NCBI GenBank assembly: GCA_963813345.1
Contig: CAWEYR010000010.1
Location: 70,592-134,591, forward strand
DNA: 64,000 nt
Direction: 5' to 3'
DNA from: an uncultured Acidobacteriota bacterium
GTDB taxonomy: Bacteria > Acidobacteriota > Blastocatellia > RBC074
Part shown: positions 11,523 through 21,399 of the stretch, piece after piece
Numbering within the stretch: position 1 is the first letter of the stretch
Layout of the letters: every line of letters begins with the position of its first letter
Made by a program: the position numbers and the translations under genes
Notes under the pieces: model-generated
Seen by the model: only the letters and a program-made list of their open reading frames with translations
Databases searched by the model: none
What the model was told of the DNA's origin: nothing

Positions 11523-13589
11523 CGAATTGCGATTCAGGATCAAATTTCGCCAGGCGTCGACTCGAGCGCGCCATCGCTCGGGAAGCCACGTCGTTGAGCC
11601 ATACTCGACAATGATCGCAGGTGATTCAATTACTTCACCCGGTGAGAAACGCTCGCGATTGTAGACCGCAACTTGTCTCAATCTCGTGCCTACGACTGCC
11701 GATGCACGGTGTGACGGCGTCGCTCGCCTCGCGGCCTTCATTCTGGCTTTAGGTAGGTCGGGTTTTTGCGTGATTCCGTTCGCCCTGAGCCTCAGCGTCA
11801 CAATCTCGATTTCGCGAAGTGGGTCACTGTGCCCATAGCGCTCGAGATGAAGACGGTTGAATTCGCCTATTGGATCACCCGCACCACGGTACTTCGAGCT
11901 CAAAGGACTGACCGCGATAACGCATTGAAAAGGATCTGACCAAATCAGTTTCGCGCCGGGTAAACCCCTCTACTCGAAGATCCGCATGCGCCTTTCTTTC
12001 AAGTCTCAGAAACCTTCGTTCGAAATCAGCACCGAGCGAGTCACCGGCTTTCACCCTCACCATCAGTGTCTGGCTGTAATCTTTCACGACATCGGCAAGA
12101 AGCACACCGAGCGCAGAAAAATTCCCCGGGTCGATCGGAACAATGACTCGGGAGATTCTGAGCGCGTCCGCCAGCGCTACGGCATGCAGCCCGCCTGCGC
12201 CTCCAAAGCTCATCAGAGAAAATAGTCGCGGATCGTGCCCTCGCTCAATTGAAACGAGTCTCAATGCCTGCTCCATGTTCAGATTTGCAACTCGCACGAC
12301 ACCAAGAGCGGCCTCTTCGATACTGAATTTCCGGCTCGAGGCGCGCGCAAGCTCCTTTGCCAGCCTGGCCTAGCGCTGTTCGCGAACGCTCGACATCGAG
12401 CGGCATAGAGTTGGATAGCAGTCCCACCCCGCCAAAGCGGCCAAGGATCAGATTCGCATCGGTGACAGTCGGTTGATCGCCGAGGCCGTAACAGGCGGGT
12501 CCCGGATCAGCTCCCGCCGACTGCGGACCTACACGTAAGGCGCCTCCAGCATCGACTCTCGCAATCGATCCGCCTCCTGCACCCACAGTGTGAATGTCGA
12601 GAACCGGAACAGCGACGGGCAAGCCTGCAAGTATCGCCTCATTCGTGGTTATAGCCTTGCCGGTGGAGAGTGACACGTCGGTCGAGGTGCCACCCATATC
12701 GAATGTAATAACTCGCTTGAAGCCGGCTTGCTTACCAATTGCAAGTGCCGCAACGACTCCGCCGGCTGGACCAGACAGGATGGTCCTAACCGGCTCGCGA
12801 GCTGCTTGCTGAGCGGATATCGACCCACCCGACGATTGCATGATTCGGACGCGTGGCCGGTGCCGGTTCCCTTCAGTAGTGTTCAATCCTTGTTCGAGGT
12901 TGCTCAGATATCGTCCGACTTTCGGCACGAGATAAGCATTGATGACAACGGTAGAAGTCCGCTCATATTCCCGATATTCCGGGAGAATCTCATGAGAAAG
13001 GGAGATATGGACTCCAAGGTCTGAGAGAGCTTTTGCGAGCACGGTCTCATGAACCGGGTTGGCAAATGAAAAGAGCAGACATACGGCAATCGATTCCACG
13101 CGAGCACGTTTCAGCCGCTCACGAAGTTGCGGCAAGAGCTGCCAGGTTGAGATCGTCGAGAATAGAACCATCTGAGGCGATACGCTCGGCAATTCCGAAA
13201 CGCAGATTCCGGGGGACCAGCGGGGAGCGGCGCTCTACGTTCAAGTTATAAAGATCGGGCCGTGCCTGGCGGCCAATCTCGATAACGTCCTCAAAACCCG
13301 CCGTGGTGATAAGCGCCGTGCGAGCCCCTTTGCCCTCGAGAAGAGAATTTGTACCGACAGTCGTGCCGTGCGCGATTTCAATCGCGAGCCCTGGTGGGAC
13401 CGCGCCGTCAACCTGTTTGTCTGCAATCAGTTTGATGATGCGATCGACACCGGCAATAATCGACTTTTCGGGATGACGTGGGGTGGAAGGGAGCTTAAAG
13501 GCGATCCGTTGACCCTTCCAGGTCGCAACGAAGTCGGTGAACGTGCCGCCAGTATCAATCCCTATCCGTAAGTTCAATTGTGTTATCAT
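11490..13589 (-). CDS. Hydantoinase A / 5-oxoprolinase ATP-binding subunit, several frameshifts
   Basis: GIDTGGTFTD, HGTTVGTN, DMGGTSTD, GPQSAGADPGPACYG, MRYRGQSFE across four ORFs. Confidence 0.9.
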
Positions 13590-13807
13590 TTACGCGATGT
13601 ATTCATTTTGTGAAACACAATCTGCTTCTCAGCGTGAGAATAACGATGTCGTTTGACTTCACGGCGGGCCGCAGTTGCTTTGCCGGGTAACGTAAGCTAC
13701 AACAGGAGTTCCCCTTTTCGCGCCTGCGGGCCACAGAAAGAACGGGGAGCAATTATCACTTTTCGACGCGCAGACGTCGAGAGTCTTGTGGGAGGATGGA
13801 TCTCTAA

Positions 13808-14385
13808 TGATACGAAAACCGCTGATCGTCGCGCTTACCCTCGTGTGTTTGTTTAGTGCGACGGCACTCGCCCAGAACAAACCACTCGTTTATACGGTCG
13901 GTCCGAAACTCGCAATCGGAACATTGAACACCGGACAGCCAGACGAATATCAGGTCCGTGGCAAAGCCTCATACACGCTCACAGCCGCGAATTCGGATGA
14001 TACGCTGGTGGGAGTTCTAACCTACACGCTTCCCGACGAAGCCCGTCAAAAGATTGCGCAACTCACCGGCAAGCCGGTAGCTCAGGTGCCCGCAACGCAT
14101 ACGTTGAAAGATGTCGTCGCGGAATTCCAGAAGGGTACGGCGTGCCCTGTCGTCCACCTCGAGATCAAGCCGATGGATATGACGGTTGCCGGAACGAAGC
14201 TCCGCTTCACCAAGAAGATGGTTCTTGACGTTCAGGGTCGCGAACCTGGATCGCTCCAGAAGTTCACTCCACAGCAGGAAATGGATATCCAGTTCTGCGT
14301 GTGGACGCGGCAGATCAACAACGGCGCCATTCGCCGCGGGATCATCCAGCGCGTGAATCAGTTGATCGCCGGTGAGAATCCGTAA
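13808..14385 (+). CDS. Hypothetical secreted protein (paralog 1)
   Basis: GGAGG RBS, signal peptide ending ALAQ; clear similarity to the next ORF. Confidence 0.8.
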
Positions 14386-14959
14386 CCAGCAAAGGTTATT
14401 GCACATTCTACTGTCGGTAGCGGCGGTTCTGCCTGCATTCCTGATCACGGAGGCGGGGCAGCCCCGCCCTCCGGTCGTCTATACCACGCCTGCGCGCAAC
14501 CTCGAGTTTTCCTTCGTTCCTGCCACGTCGTCGGCTTCCGGTGCGATCAGCTCTCCTGTCGCTCTGGATGGGCGCGCCAATTACACACTCACATCAGTAG
14601 GAGACGACGACAGCCTCAGCGGAACATTTACGATCATTCTTTCGAATGTGGTGCGGCAAAAGATTGCCGAAATTACGCAGTCGAAGGTCGACCAGGTCGC
14701 GGAAACCTACTCGCGTAAGAACGTGCCGGCGAAATTCGCAAAGGGCACGGCCTGCCCAAGTATCGATATCGAATTTGCGGAAGTTGAGATTGACGTGACA
14801 GGTGGTCGGATTGCGACGTCCGGCGCAAAACTTGTCATGCCAGAGTCAGCCGATCGACTAGTACAGTTGATGTGCTTCCTGACCCGCCAGATCAACGCCA
14901 ATCTCGAAAGACGCGGTATCGTCCGCAGCATCAATCGCACGATTGAAGGGGATAAGTGA
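14372..14959 (+). CDS. Hypothetical secreted protein (paralog 2)
   Basis: Signal peptide; shares KGTACP and C..TRQIN..RRGI with the upstream ORF. Confidence 0.8.
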   Translation: MRIRNQQRLLHILLSVAAVLPAFLITEAGQPRPPVVYTTPARNLEFSFVPATSSASGAISSPVALDGRANYTLTSVGDDDSLSGTFTIILSNVVRQKIAEITQSKVDQVAETYSRKNVPAKFAKGTACPSIDIEFAEVEIDVTGGRIATSGAKLVMPESADRLVQLMCFLTRQINANLERRGIVRSINRTIEGDK

Positions 14960-14960
14960 G

Positions 14961-15106
14961 AAGAGGGTGCTGAGTGCTGGTGCGGGTGCTGGGTGCTGAG
15001 TATGGAGTTCAAGCTTTAGCTTGCCGTCTGCAATGCATTGCGAACGAGCAAGCTAAAGCTTGAACTCCATACTCAGCACTCAGCACTCAGCACTCAGCAC
15101 TCTCTT
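14961..15106. repeat. Family A REPIN wrapped in inverted (GTGCTGA)n heptamer arrays
   Basis: Left arm 14961-15024 and right arm 15048-15106 are reverse complements apart from a few differences. Confidence 0.9.
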
Positions 15107-15110
15107 TGAA

Positions 15111-15515
15111 TCACCTGCGGTGCGTGATCATACTGTCAACGCTCCACGCGCCGCCTCCCGCGAAGGACAAGTAGAGAAACAGAAAAGAGTACAGCGCAGC
15201 GAGCTCACCACCATTGAGGACAGGGTAAAAGCCTTGTGGCGCGTGAGCCATGAAATAGGCTACGGCCATCATCCCTGAAAGCAGAAAGGCAACGGGCCTG
15301 GTGAAGATACCAAGGAGCAGTAAGAGCCCGCCGAAAAACTCCAGGATTCCTGCAACCAGCACAAGTGCAGGCAAAGGGCTGGGCATAGGTTGCTGGGGTG
15401 GTGGATAGCCAAACAGCTTCTGAGCGCCGTGCTGCATGAAAAGCAACGCAGCTACGATTCGCAAAACGCTGAGTATCCGGGGAGCCCAGGTTGAATACAA
15501 GGATTCGTAGGCCAT
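15111..15515 (-). CDS. DoxX family membrane protein
   Basis: LRIVAALLFMQHGAQKLFG, GILEFFGG, NGGELA; AGGAGG RBS before the ATG at 15515. Confidence 0.9.
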   Translation of the reverse strand: MAYESLYSTWAPRILSVLRIVAALLFMQHGAQKLFGYPPPQQPMPSPLPALVLVAGILEFFGGLLLLLGIFTRPVAFLLSGMMAVAYFMAHAPQGFYPVLNGGELAALYSFLFLYLSFAGGGAWSVDSMITHRR

Positions 15516-15543
15516 TCGTCCTCCTGTCAGCGATTGTGTTTGA

Positions 15544-16791
15544 TCAGTGACTGTGCGGGTGAGGATGCGTCTGGTAATGCTGTCTGAGCAAGTCCTTGCC
15601 GTAGTCATTTCCGTTGGGCGTTCTGACCACGGTATGAATATGTTCCCGAGTCGGTGTGCGCCGGTCGAGATGCCGGAGCGCAATTGGAAGCTGATGATCA
15701 AACTCGATGAGAATCACCGGGCTCTGAATACGATAGTAGAAAACACTCGTTGAATCTGAGCCGCCGACCCACGCGAACCATGTGTCATCGAGATGTTTTC
15801 GTACTTCATCCATCTTCACTTTCGCATGGCCGTCTCTCATGTTCCGCACGTACTCGTTGATCACCTCCAGCAGTTGCTGCTTTTGTGGTCCGGACAGTTC
15901 CGCCGCTCGTATGCCTGCATAGTTAAGGACGATATTGTCCTTGAAGGCTTCACCAACGTTGTTGTTGCCTGACTTTGAGACGTTGATGATCGCTTTTGCG
16001 CGCTGTTTTTCATCCAGAGCCTTGAGGAGTGCCAGTCCCTTATCCTGCTCGTCCTGCAGCACTCTCGTGCCCGCGTACTTCCCCGCGTTCGCAATCACCG
16101 GTTCAGAACCCATGAAGGTTGGCGACATCACCACCTGATCGCCCATCACAAAGTAATTGATGTTGAGATGATGGCCGTCGAGCTGCCATCCCCACGGCTC
16201 TTTGTCTGAGGGCGACCCCATGACTGTAATCCAATAGAGCGAGTCACCATATTGTTCGAAGTCGTTGTTATTGAGCTCACCGAGCGTGTGGTTGAGATTC
16301 ATGATGTCGCGTGAAAGTTTCAACCCCTTCGCGCTCAGCGACGCGCGCAGCAATCCAATCGCGCTTTCGCGTTGCGCGTCAGACATCTCCTTAAAGCTCG
16401 TACCCTGACGGATATAAAAATGCTGGTTCATCCACTTGCGCCATTCCGGATCATCGACCGCATATTCGGTGCGTGCCCGCTGCTCTTTGGTCAAGGCGGC
16501 AAGGAACAGAGAGGCTGCCTTACGGACTGGTTCCGTTGAGACTCCGGTCGACCGTACAGAAAAAAGGCCCGGTACTACCGCGCCTTCGGTAGTAACGCCT
16601 TTGAACGGTTCCTGAAGGCCCCGCGTTTCAGCATCCTTCGACATTTGCCGGAAACGTTCTTCTCGGCTTGCGGTTTGCGAACCAGGCTGTTGTTGCGAAA
16701 GCGTTCGAACGCCCAGTCCGACAATGGCGAGCAACGCGACATACCCTAGAAACGAAAAGCAACGTGCAATTGGCAAATCTGGATTAGTCAT
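15544..16791 (-). CDS. DUF3500 family protein
   Basis: WGWQLDGHH, YYRIQSPVILIEFD, HIHTVVRTPNGNDYG. Confidence 0.85.
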   Translation of the reverse strand: MTNPDLPIARCFSFLGYVALLAIVGLGVRTLSQQQPGSQTASREERFRQMSKDAETRGLQEPFKGVTTEGAVVPGLFSVRSTGVSTEPVRKAASLFLAALTKEQRARTEYAVDDPEWRKWMNQHFYIRQGTSFKEMSDAQRESAIGLLRASLSAKGLKLSRDIMNLNHTLGELNNNDFEQYGDSLYWITVMGSPSDKEPWGWQLDGHHLNINYFVMGDQVVMSPTFMGSEPVIANAGKYAGTRVLQDEQDKGLALLKALDEKQRAKAIINVSKSGNNNVGEAFKDNIVLNYAGIRAAELSGPQKQQLLEVINEYVRNMRDGHAKVKMDEVRKHLDDTWFAWVGGSDSTSVFYYRIQSPVILIEFDHQLPIALRHLDRRTPTREHIHTVVRTPNGNDYGKDLLRQHYQTHPHPHSH

Positions 16792-16895
16792 TTAGGTCTC
16801 CTGGGAATCGGTGAAGATCTCCTTTGCGCTAACTCTAGCCCTGATGGGCGATTGACGCCAGACCCACGAGCGTATGTTCGTAGCCGAGAGTCCGT

Positions 16896-17015
16896 GGGAG
16901 CGCCAGGCTCCAGCCTGGCGCGTGTCAATGTCGCTAAGGCGTTCGGCGATGATGACTGCGCCAGGCTGGAGCCTGGCGCTCCCGGGCGCTGGCGCTCCCA
17001 GGGCGGTACAGCGTA
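16896..17015. repeat. Family C REPIN followed by an extra C end and a family B remnant
   Basis: Arms 16896-16921 and 16958-16983, then GGCGCTCCCAG-GGCGGTACAGCGTA. Confidence 0.85.
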
Positions 17016-17022
17016 GCTTTAC

Positions 17023-17050
17023 TTGCGGTTGCACCATTCTGTGCTAGAAT
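17023..17050 (+). promoter_or_regulatory. Putative sigma70 promoter of the VWA gene
   Basis: TTGCGG-16nt-TAGAAT with extended -10 TG. Confidence 0.45.
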
Positions 17051-17115
17051 GACGCTGTCCGTCCCCGCAGAATGCCAAGACGAGTTCTATCTTTTTACGT
17101 TTCAGGGGAGTGGCC

Positions 17116-18126
17116 ATGTTCAGGAAAGCGATATCCATTGGGGCGCTGAGCATCATTGCTACGGTGTTCTTTGGTCTTGCTGTCACCCAGGCACAGCAGG
17201 AGGTCCAGGAACCCCGGTCAGCAACGCCCGCCCGGCAGGACCTGACTCCGGCGGCTTCCGACGACAAGCAGAAACGCGACCAGGGTCCGGTTGTCAAAGA
17301 GCGCACCGATGTCGTCACACTCTCCGTAACGGTTACAGACCCCTACAATCGTCTTGTTACCGGGCTCAACAAAAACAATTTCGAAATCTTCGAAGACAAG
17401 ATCAAACAGGATATTGAGTTCTTCAGGGATGAAGATGTACCGGTAAGTCTCGGCATAGTATTCGACGTTTCGGGCAGTATGAAAGGCAAGCTCGACCGCG
17501 CGCGCGACGCATTGAAAGCGTTCATCGAGACGAGTCACGATGATGATGACTTTTTCCTCGTCGGATTCAACCAGCGTGCAAATCTGCTCTCGGAATTCGC
17601 AGACGGCTCGAGCGTCGTCAACAAGCTGAGTTTTGTCGACGCCAAAGGGCAGACGGCGCTTTACGATGCAGCATACCTGGGCATCGAAAAAGTCCGGCAG
17701 GGACGGCACGCCAAGCGCGCGCTTCTGCTCATCTCTGATGGCCAGGACAACTCGTCGCGGTACACGTATGGCGAGCTCCGGAAGCTTCTCAAGGAAGCCA
17801 ACGTTCAGATCTACAGTATTGGAATCGTCGAAATGGGCGGCGGTGCGGGCAGCTCGCTTGATCTGCAGGGGCAATCAATTCTCGAAGAAGTCGCTCAGGT
17901 CACCGGCGGAAAGGCATTCTTCCCCCGGTCAGGAGCAGAGCTCGAAGACGCGACAACACGAATTGCGCTTGAACTGCGGCATCAATACAGTATCGGCTAC
18001 ATTCCTACCAACGTGAAGCGTGACGGCCAGTGGCACAAGCTTCGAGTCAAAGTGAACCCGCCAAAGGGTCTTCCGAGTCTCCAGGTAAGGACAAAGGAAG
18101 GCTACTATTCTACGGCTGAGAAGTAG
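17116..18126 (+). CDS. VWFA-related Acidobacterial domain protein
   Basis: Signal peptide, MIDAS DVSGSM, TALYDA, SDGQDNSS, ELRHQYSIGY. Confidence 0.9.
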   Translation: MFRKAISIGALSIIATVFFGLAVTQAQQEVQEPRSATPARQDLTPAASDDKQKRDQGPVVKERTDVVTLSVTVTDPYNRLVTGLNKNNFEIFEDKIKQDIEFFRDEDVPVSLGIVFDVSGSMKGKLDRARDALKAFIETSHDDDDFFLVGFNQRANLLSEFADGSSVVNKLSFVDAKGQTALYDAAYLGIEKVRQGRHAKRALLLISDGQDNSSRYTYGELRKLLKEANVQIYSIGIVEMGGGAGSSLDLQGQSILEEVAQVTGGKAFFPRSGAELEDATTRIALELRHQYSIGYIPTNVKRDGQWHKLRVKVNPPKGLPSLQVRTKEGYYSTAEK

Positions 18127-18142
18127 ACGTCAGCTGACGCAA

Positions 18143-18171
18143 GATTCCGCCTGAAGGCGGTACAACGTACC
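18143..18171. repeat. Single family B REP arm
   Basis: GATTCCGCCTGAAGGCGGTACAACGTACC between convergent genes. Confidence 0.8.
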
Positions 18172-18553
18172 TTACTCCGCTTTTTTCTTTCGTGCCCTTT
18201 GTTTTCTTCTCGGTTTGAAAACTCTTTACAGCTGCGTCTTCGTCGGGGAAGGACTCGATCAGGTCGAGAAGCTGTGTAATCTTCAGCGCGCCGTAAACGC
18301 GGTCGGTCAATCCTACGAGTTTCAACTCGCCACCACCGTCCTTGACCCTCTTGTAAGCGCGCACGATCTCGCCGATGCCCATGCTGTCGATGATAGGCAC
18401 CTCAGTCAGATTGAGCAGTATTTGATTGGTTCCAGTGCCCATAACCCTGTCGATAAGCATCTGTAACTGGAATCCACCCTGTCCCTTGATGAATTTTCCA
18501 CGAAGGTCCAGCGACGCGATCGTTTCCACGTAATGTATGCCAATCGTTAACAT
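18172..18553 (-). CDS. STAS-domain anti-sigma factor antagonist
   Basis: LLNLTEVPIIDSMGIGEIV..GGELKL; likely true stop at 18172, as the A-run near 18185 probably carries an indel. Confidence 0.85.
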
Positions 18554-18750
18554 AGATGTGGGGAATACTCTTCCAGAGCCGTTTTCTGCGGAAGGCGCTC
18601 TAAGCAGCGCCAAAGTACATCCTGCATTCTAACCGACAAGATGCTAAGTTCAAACCGTTGTCACTGGTGGTGACTCGGTTACTTCGAAAAACCTACTCTC
18701 TCCCGTTCGCGACCACTTTACAAACACAGTTCAAAAAAATGAGGTTGGTG

Positions 18751-18778
18751 TGAGCCAATTCGCCGCAAAATTTCGCCT
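18751..18778 (+). promoter_or_regulatory. Candidate ECF-type promoter TGAGCC-N16-TCGCC
   Basis: Lies upstream of the peptide/FG-GAP genes; resembles motifs I recall next to kinase-associated ECF sigma genes (unverified). Confidence 0.35.
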
Positions 18779-18931
18779 TCCCGATTGAGACCGCAGGCAA
18801 CAGGTTAGTTGCCTCGCGCAGTGGTGAAGCCGTTGGCCAAGTGTCAATGCCATTTCAAGAAAACGCAGGCTGGTGAGCTTCCACCGTGCCAGACAGCAGA
18901 CCAGAGTTATTGGCCTGCAAAGGAGAAGATC

Positions 18932-19123
18932 ATGTTTGTGGAAATCATGGGAATCTTCCTGTTGTTCAGCGCCAGCTTCTTACCGTCCACGACCCAATCA
19001 GATGGCGGATTGACCTCCCCGAAGCGCGTCGAGCAGCATCGCATCGTTACGCGTCCTGACCTCTCTCACGAGTACTTGCTTAACCCAGCTAGTTCCGGCT
19101 GCCCAAGCTGCCGCCCCCGTTGA
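18932..19123 (+). CDS. 63-aa putative secreted peptide ending GCPSCRPR
   Basis: AAGGAG RBS 6 nt before the ATG, hydrophobic N-terminus, C-terminal CxxC. Confidence 0.55.
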   Translation: MFVEIMGIFLLFSASFLPSTTQSDGGLTSPKRVEQHRIVTRPDLSHEYLLNPASSGCPSCRPR

Positions 19124-19202
19124 GATTTCAATGGGGTACGTGCCGGGACGAGTATGAGACCCCGCATTGAACCAAAACCAGTTCGCGATAGGAGGATGTA
19201 TC

Positions 19203-21164
19203 GTGAAAAAGAAGATAGACCACATCACCAACCCAATCACTCTTGCAATCGTCATAGCCGGATTGGCGGTCGCGCTGCCGCTGTCGACAGTGAGCGCGAG
19301 GTTTTCTACGTCCGCGCAAGCCGCTAACAGATATTCAGACGAATCCACTCTCTTGCAGGATTCGCTGCAGGAAGCCGTGGCGGACACGCGCTACGAGGCG
19401 CGTTGGGAAGAAAGACCGGCGAAAGGCATGTTGCCGTCCGCGTACCACGCGCCCAACCCCGCGCAGCAGTATGACGCGTATTTCACACCGAACGGCTTAA
19501 GCCTCACGCCGCAAGTGACCGCGCCGAATGACGCTATGCCGAAGTGGCGAGTGGGAATGAGGCTCATCGGTTTCGGCTATGGAGAGGATCTCCTAAATGT
19601 GGGTACAGCTGCGATAGAGACGCACGGCGCCAGAATTGAGTACCGCCGGACCTGGCTGCCGATTACCGAGTGGTACGTCAACAAGGCCGCGGGGCTGGAG
19701 CAAGGCTTCACCATCGACACTGCGCCGGGAACAAAGTCAGAGCGCGAGCCGTTGAGGCTGGCGTTAGAACTGACAGGCGACGTGAGCGCGGAATTGGCGA
19801 ACGGAGGGCAAAGCATCGTCTTCAAACTAGCGGACGAGAAACCAGCAGTGACCTATAGCGGCCTGTATGCCTATGACGCGCAAGGCCGAGAACTGCCGTC
19901 CGAGATGAATCTGAGCAAGGGGCAGGTGATTCTCGAGGTGGATGACGAGAATGCAATTTATCCGGTGACGATTGATCCCACTTTTAGTGTGCAGACGAAA
20001 ATAGTCCACCCCTTTGCTGCGAGTGATCCCGAGTTTTCTGGTAGTTCGGTTGCTATTTACGGCAACACTGTCGTGGTCGGCGCGCCGAGTAAAAATGATG
20101 GTGCTAACGTCAATCAAGGCGTGGCGTATGTACTCACGTATTCCAATAATGTCTGGGGCCACCAGGCGACACTTCGGCCTAGCGATGGCGCGACCGATGA
20201 CCATTTTGGCGTCTCTGTTGCGATCAGCGGTAATACTATCGTGGTGGGGGCGCGTCACGCTGACGTCAATTCCAACAGCGATCAAGGCGCGGCTTACGTG
20301 TTTGTGCGCAACGGCGGCATTTGGACCGAACAACAAAAGGTAACCGACTTTTTTGGCGGAATGGCTCAAGATCGCTTCGGCACTTCTGTTGCCATCAGCG
20401 TAGATACATTGGTGGTGGGGGCGGACCCCTTCCCACGTCAAGGCGCGGCGTATGTGTTCGTGCGCAGCAGCGGCGTTTGGAGCCCGCAACAAAAACTGAC
20501 AAACAGCACCGGAACGACCTATGACATTTTCGGCGTCAGGGTCGCCATCAGCTTGAATACTGTGGTGGTGGGTGCGGCGCAGGACACGATTGGCTTCAAC
20601 TCGCCGCAGGGCTCGGCCTACGTCTTCGTTCGCAACGGAACCGTTTGGAACCAGCAGGCCAGGCTGATTGCCGGAGACGGAGCGGCCGGCGACCAGTTCG
20701 GGTTCTCAGTAGCCATTAGCGGAGATTCGGTCGTAGTCGGCGCGCCTTTTGATTCTGTCGGGACCAACTCTCTTCAAGGTTCGGCCTACGTTTTTACGCG
20801 TACCCTCTCGTCATGGAACCAGCAGGCAAAACTAACTGCGAGCGATGGGAAGGTTGGTGACTATTTCGGCTGGTCGGTCGCCATACACGGTTATACGATC
20901 GTGGTGGGAGCGCCTCATGACGACGTGCAGAGCTCTCAGCAGGGTTCTGCCTATGTGTTCGTGCAGACCGGCCAAATCTGGAGTCAGCAACAGCAGCTTA
21001 CCGCCTTTGACGGGTGGGCTTCCGACAAGTTCGGCACCTCAGTAGCCACCAGCGCCGGCGCGATCGTGGTAGGGGCGCCTTTGGATGACTTTCCTTATGG
21101 GGCCTGCCGTCCCTGGTGCAACAGCTCTGCTGACCAAGGCTCAGCCTACGTATTCAGACAATGA
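19203..21164 (+). CDS. Secreted FG-GAP (integrin alpha-like) 7-blade beta-propeller protein
   Basis: AGGAGG RBS and GTG start; EWYVN..GLEQGF N-domain, VTIDP linker, seven (F)GxSVAI..VVGA repeats. Confidence 0.9.
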   Translation: MKKKIDHITNPITLAIVIAGLAVALPLSTVSARFSTSAQAANRYSDESTLLQDSLQEAVADTRYEARWEERPAKGMLPSAYHAPNPAQQYDAYFTPNGLSLTPQVTAPNDAMPKWRVGMRLIGFGYGEDLLNVGTAAIETHGARIEYRRTWLPITEWYVNKAAGLEQGFTIDTAPGTKSEREPLRLALELTGDVSAELANGGQSIVFKLADEKPAVTYSGLYAYDAQGRELPSEMNLSKGQVILEVDDENAIYPVTIDPTFSVQTKIVHPFAASDPEFSGSSVAIYGNTVVVGAPSKNDGANVNQGVAYVLTYSNNVWGHQATLRPSDGATDDHFGVSVAISGNTIVVGARHADVNSNSDQGAAYVFVRNGGIWTEQQKVTDFFGGMAQDRFGTSVAISVDTLVVGADPFPRQGAAYVFVRSSGVWSPQQKLTNSTGTTYDIFGVRVAISLNTVVVGAAQDTIGFNSPQGSAYVFVRNGTVWNQQARLIAGDGAAGDQFGFSVAISGDSVVVGAPFDSVGTNSLQGSAYVFTRTLSSWNQQAKLTASDGKVGDYFGWSVAIHGYTIVVGAPHDDVQSSQQGSAYVFVQTGQIWSQQQQLTAFDGWASDKFGTSVATSAGAIVVGAPLDDFPYGACRPWCNSSADQGSAYVFRQ

Positions 21165-21187
21165 TGTTTTCCGGACTTAATCACTAT

Positions 21188-21248
21188 GGACGAGTAGGCT
21201 GAACTCGTCCGGCCGGCGCACTGACGAACACCTTCGTCGAGGCGCCGG
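21188..21248 (+). terminator. Two hairpins downstream of the FG-GAP gene
   Basis: GGACGAGT-loop-ACTCGTCC and CCGGCGC..GACGAA/TTCGTC..GCGCCGG; no U-tract. Confidence 0.35.
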
Positions 21249-21261
21249 TCCCTATCCTGGA

Positions 21262-21316
21262 CTAGCCGAAATCGCGCACGAAAGTTTCCCACCGTTTCTT
21301 CATCGTCTCCATGAAA
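21262..21316 (-). pseudogene. Remnant copy of the kinase-TPR gene 3' end
   Basis: 48/53 nt identical to 26570-26622; reads FMETMKKRWETFVRDFG* vs [17 protein letters not shown]. Confidence 0.85.
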
Positions 21317-21344
21317 CCCTGAGCGCGTTTGGGGGGAGGCCGGA

Positions 21345-21399
21345 ACTAAGTTTGAGTTCAAGCTTCAGCCTGTGATGACAGCTGAACTTGAACTCAAAT
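21345..21399. repeat. Family A REPIN; left boundary of the inner cassette
   Basis: ACTAAGTTTGAGTTCAAGCTTCAGC ... GCTGAACTTGAACTCAAA. Confidence 0.8.

Noticed and set aside
18629-18657. Island direct repeat as a dif (XerCD) or integron att site
   Set aside because: CCGACAA resembles a XerC arm but the TTATGT XerD arm is absent; no attC-like pairing and no integrase
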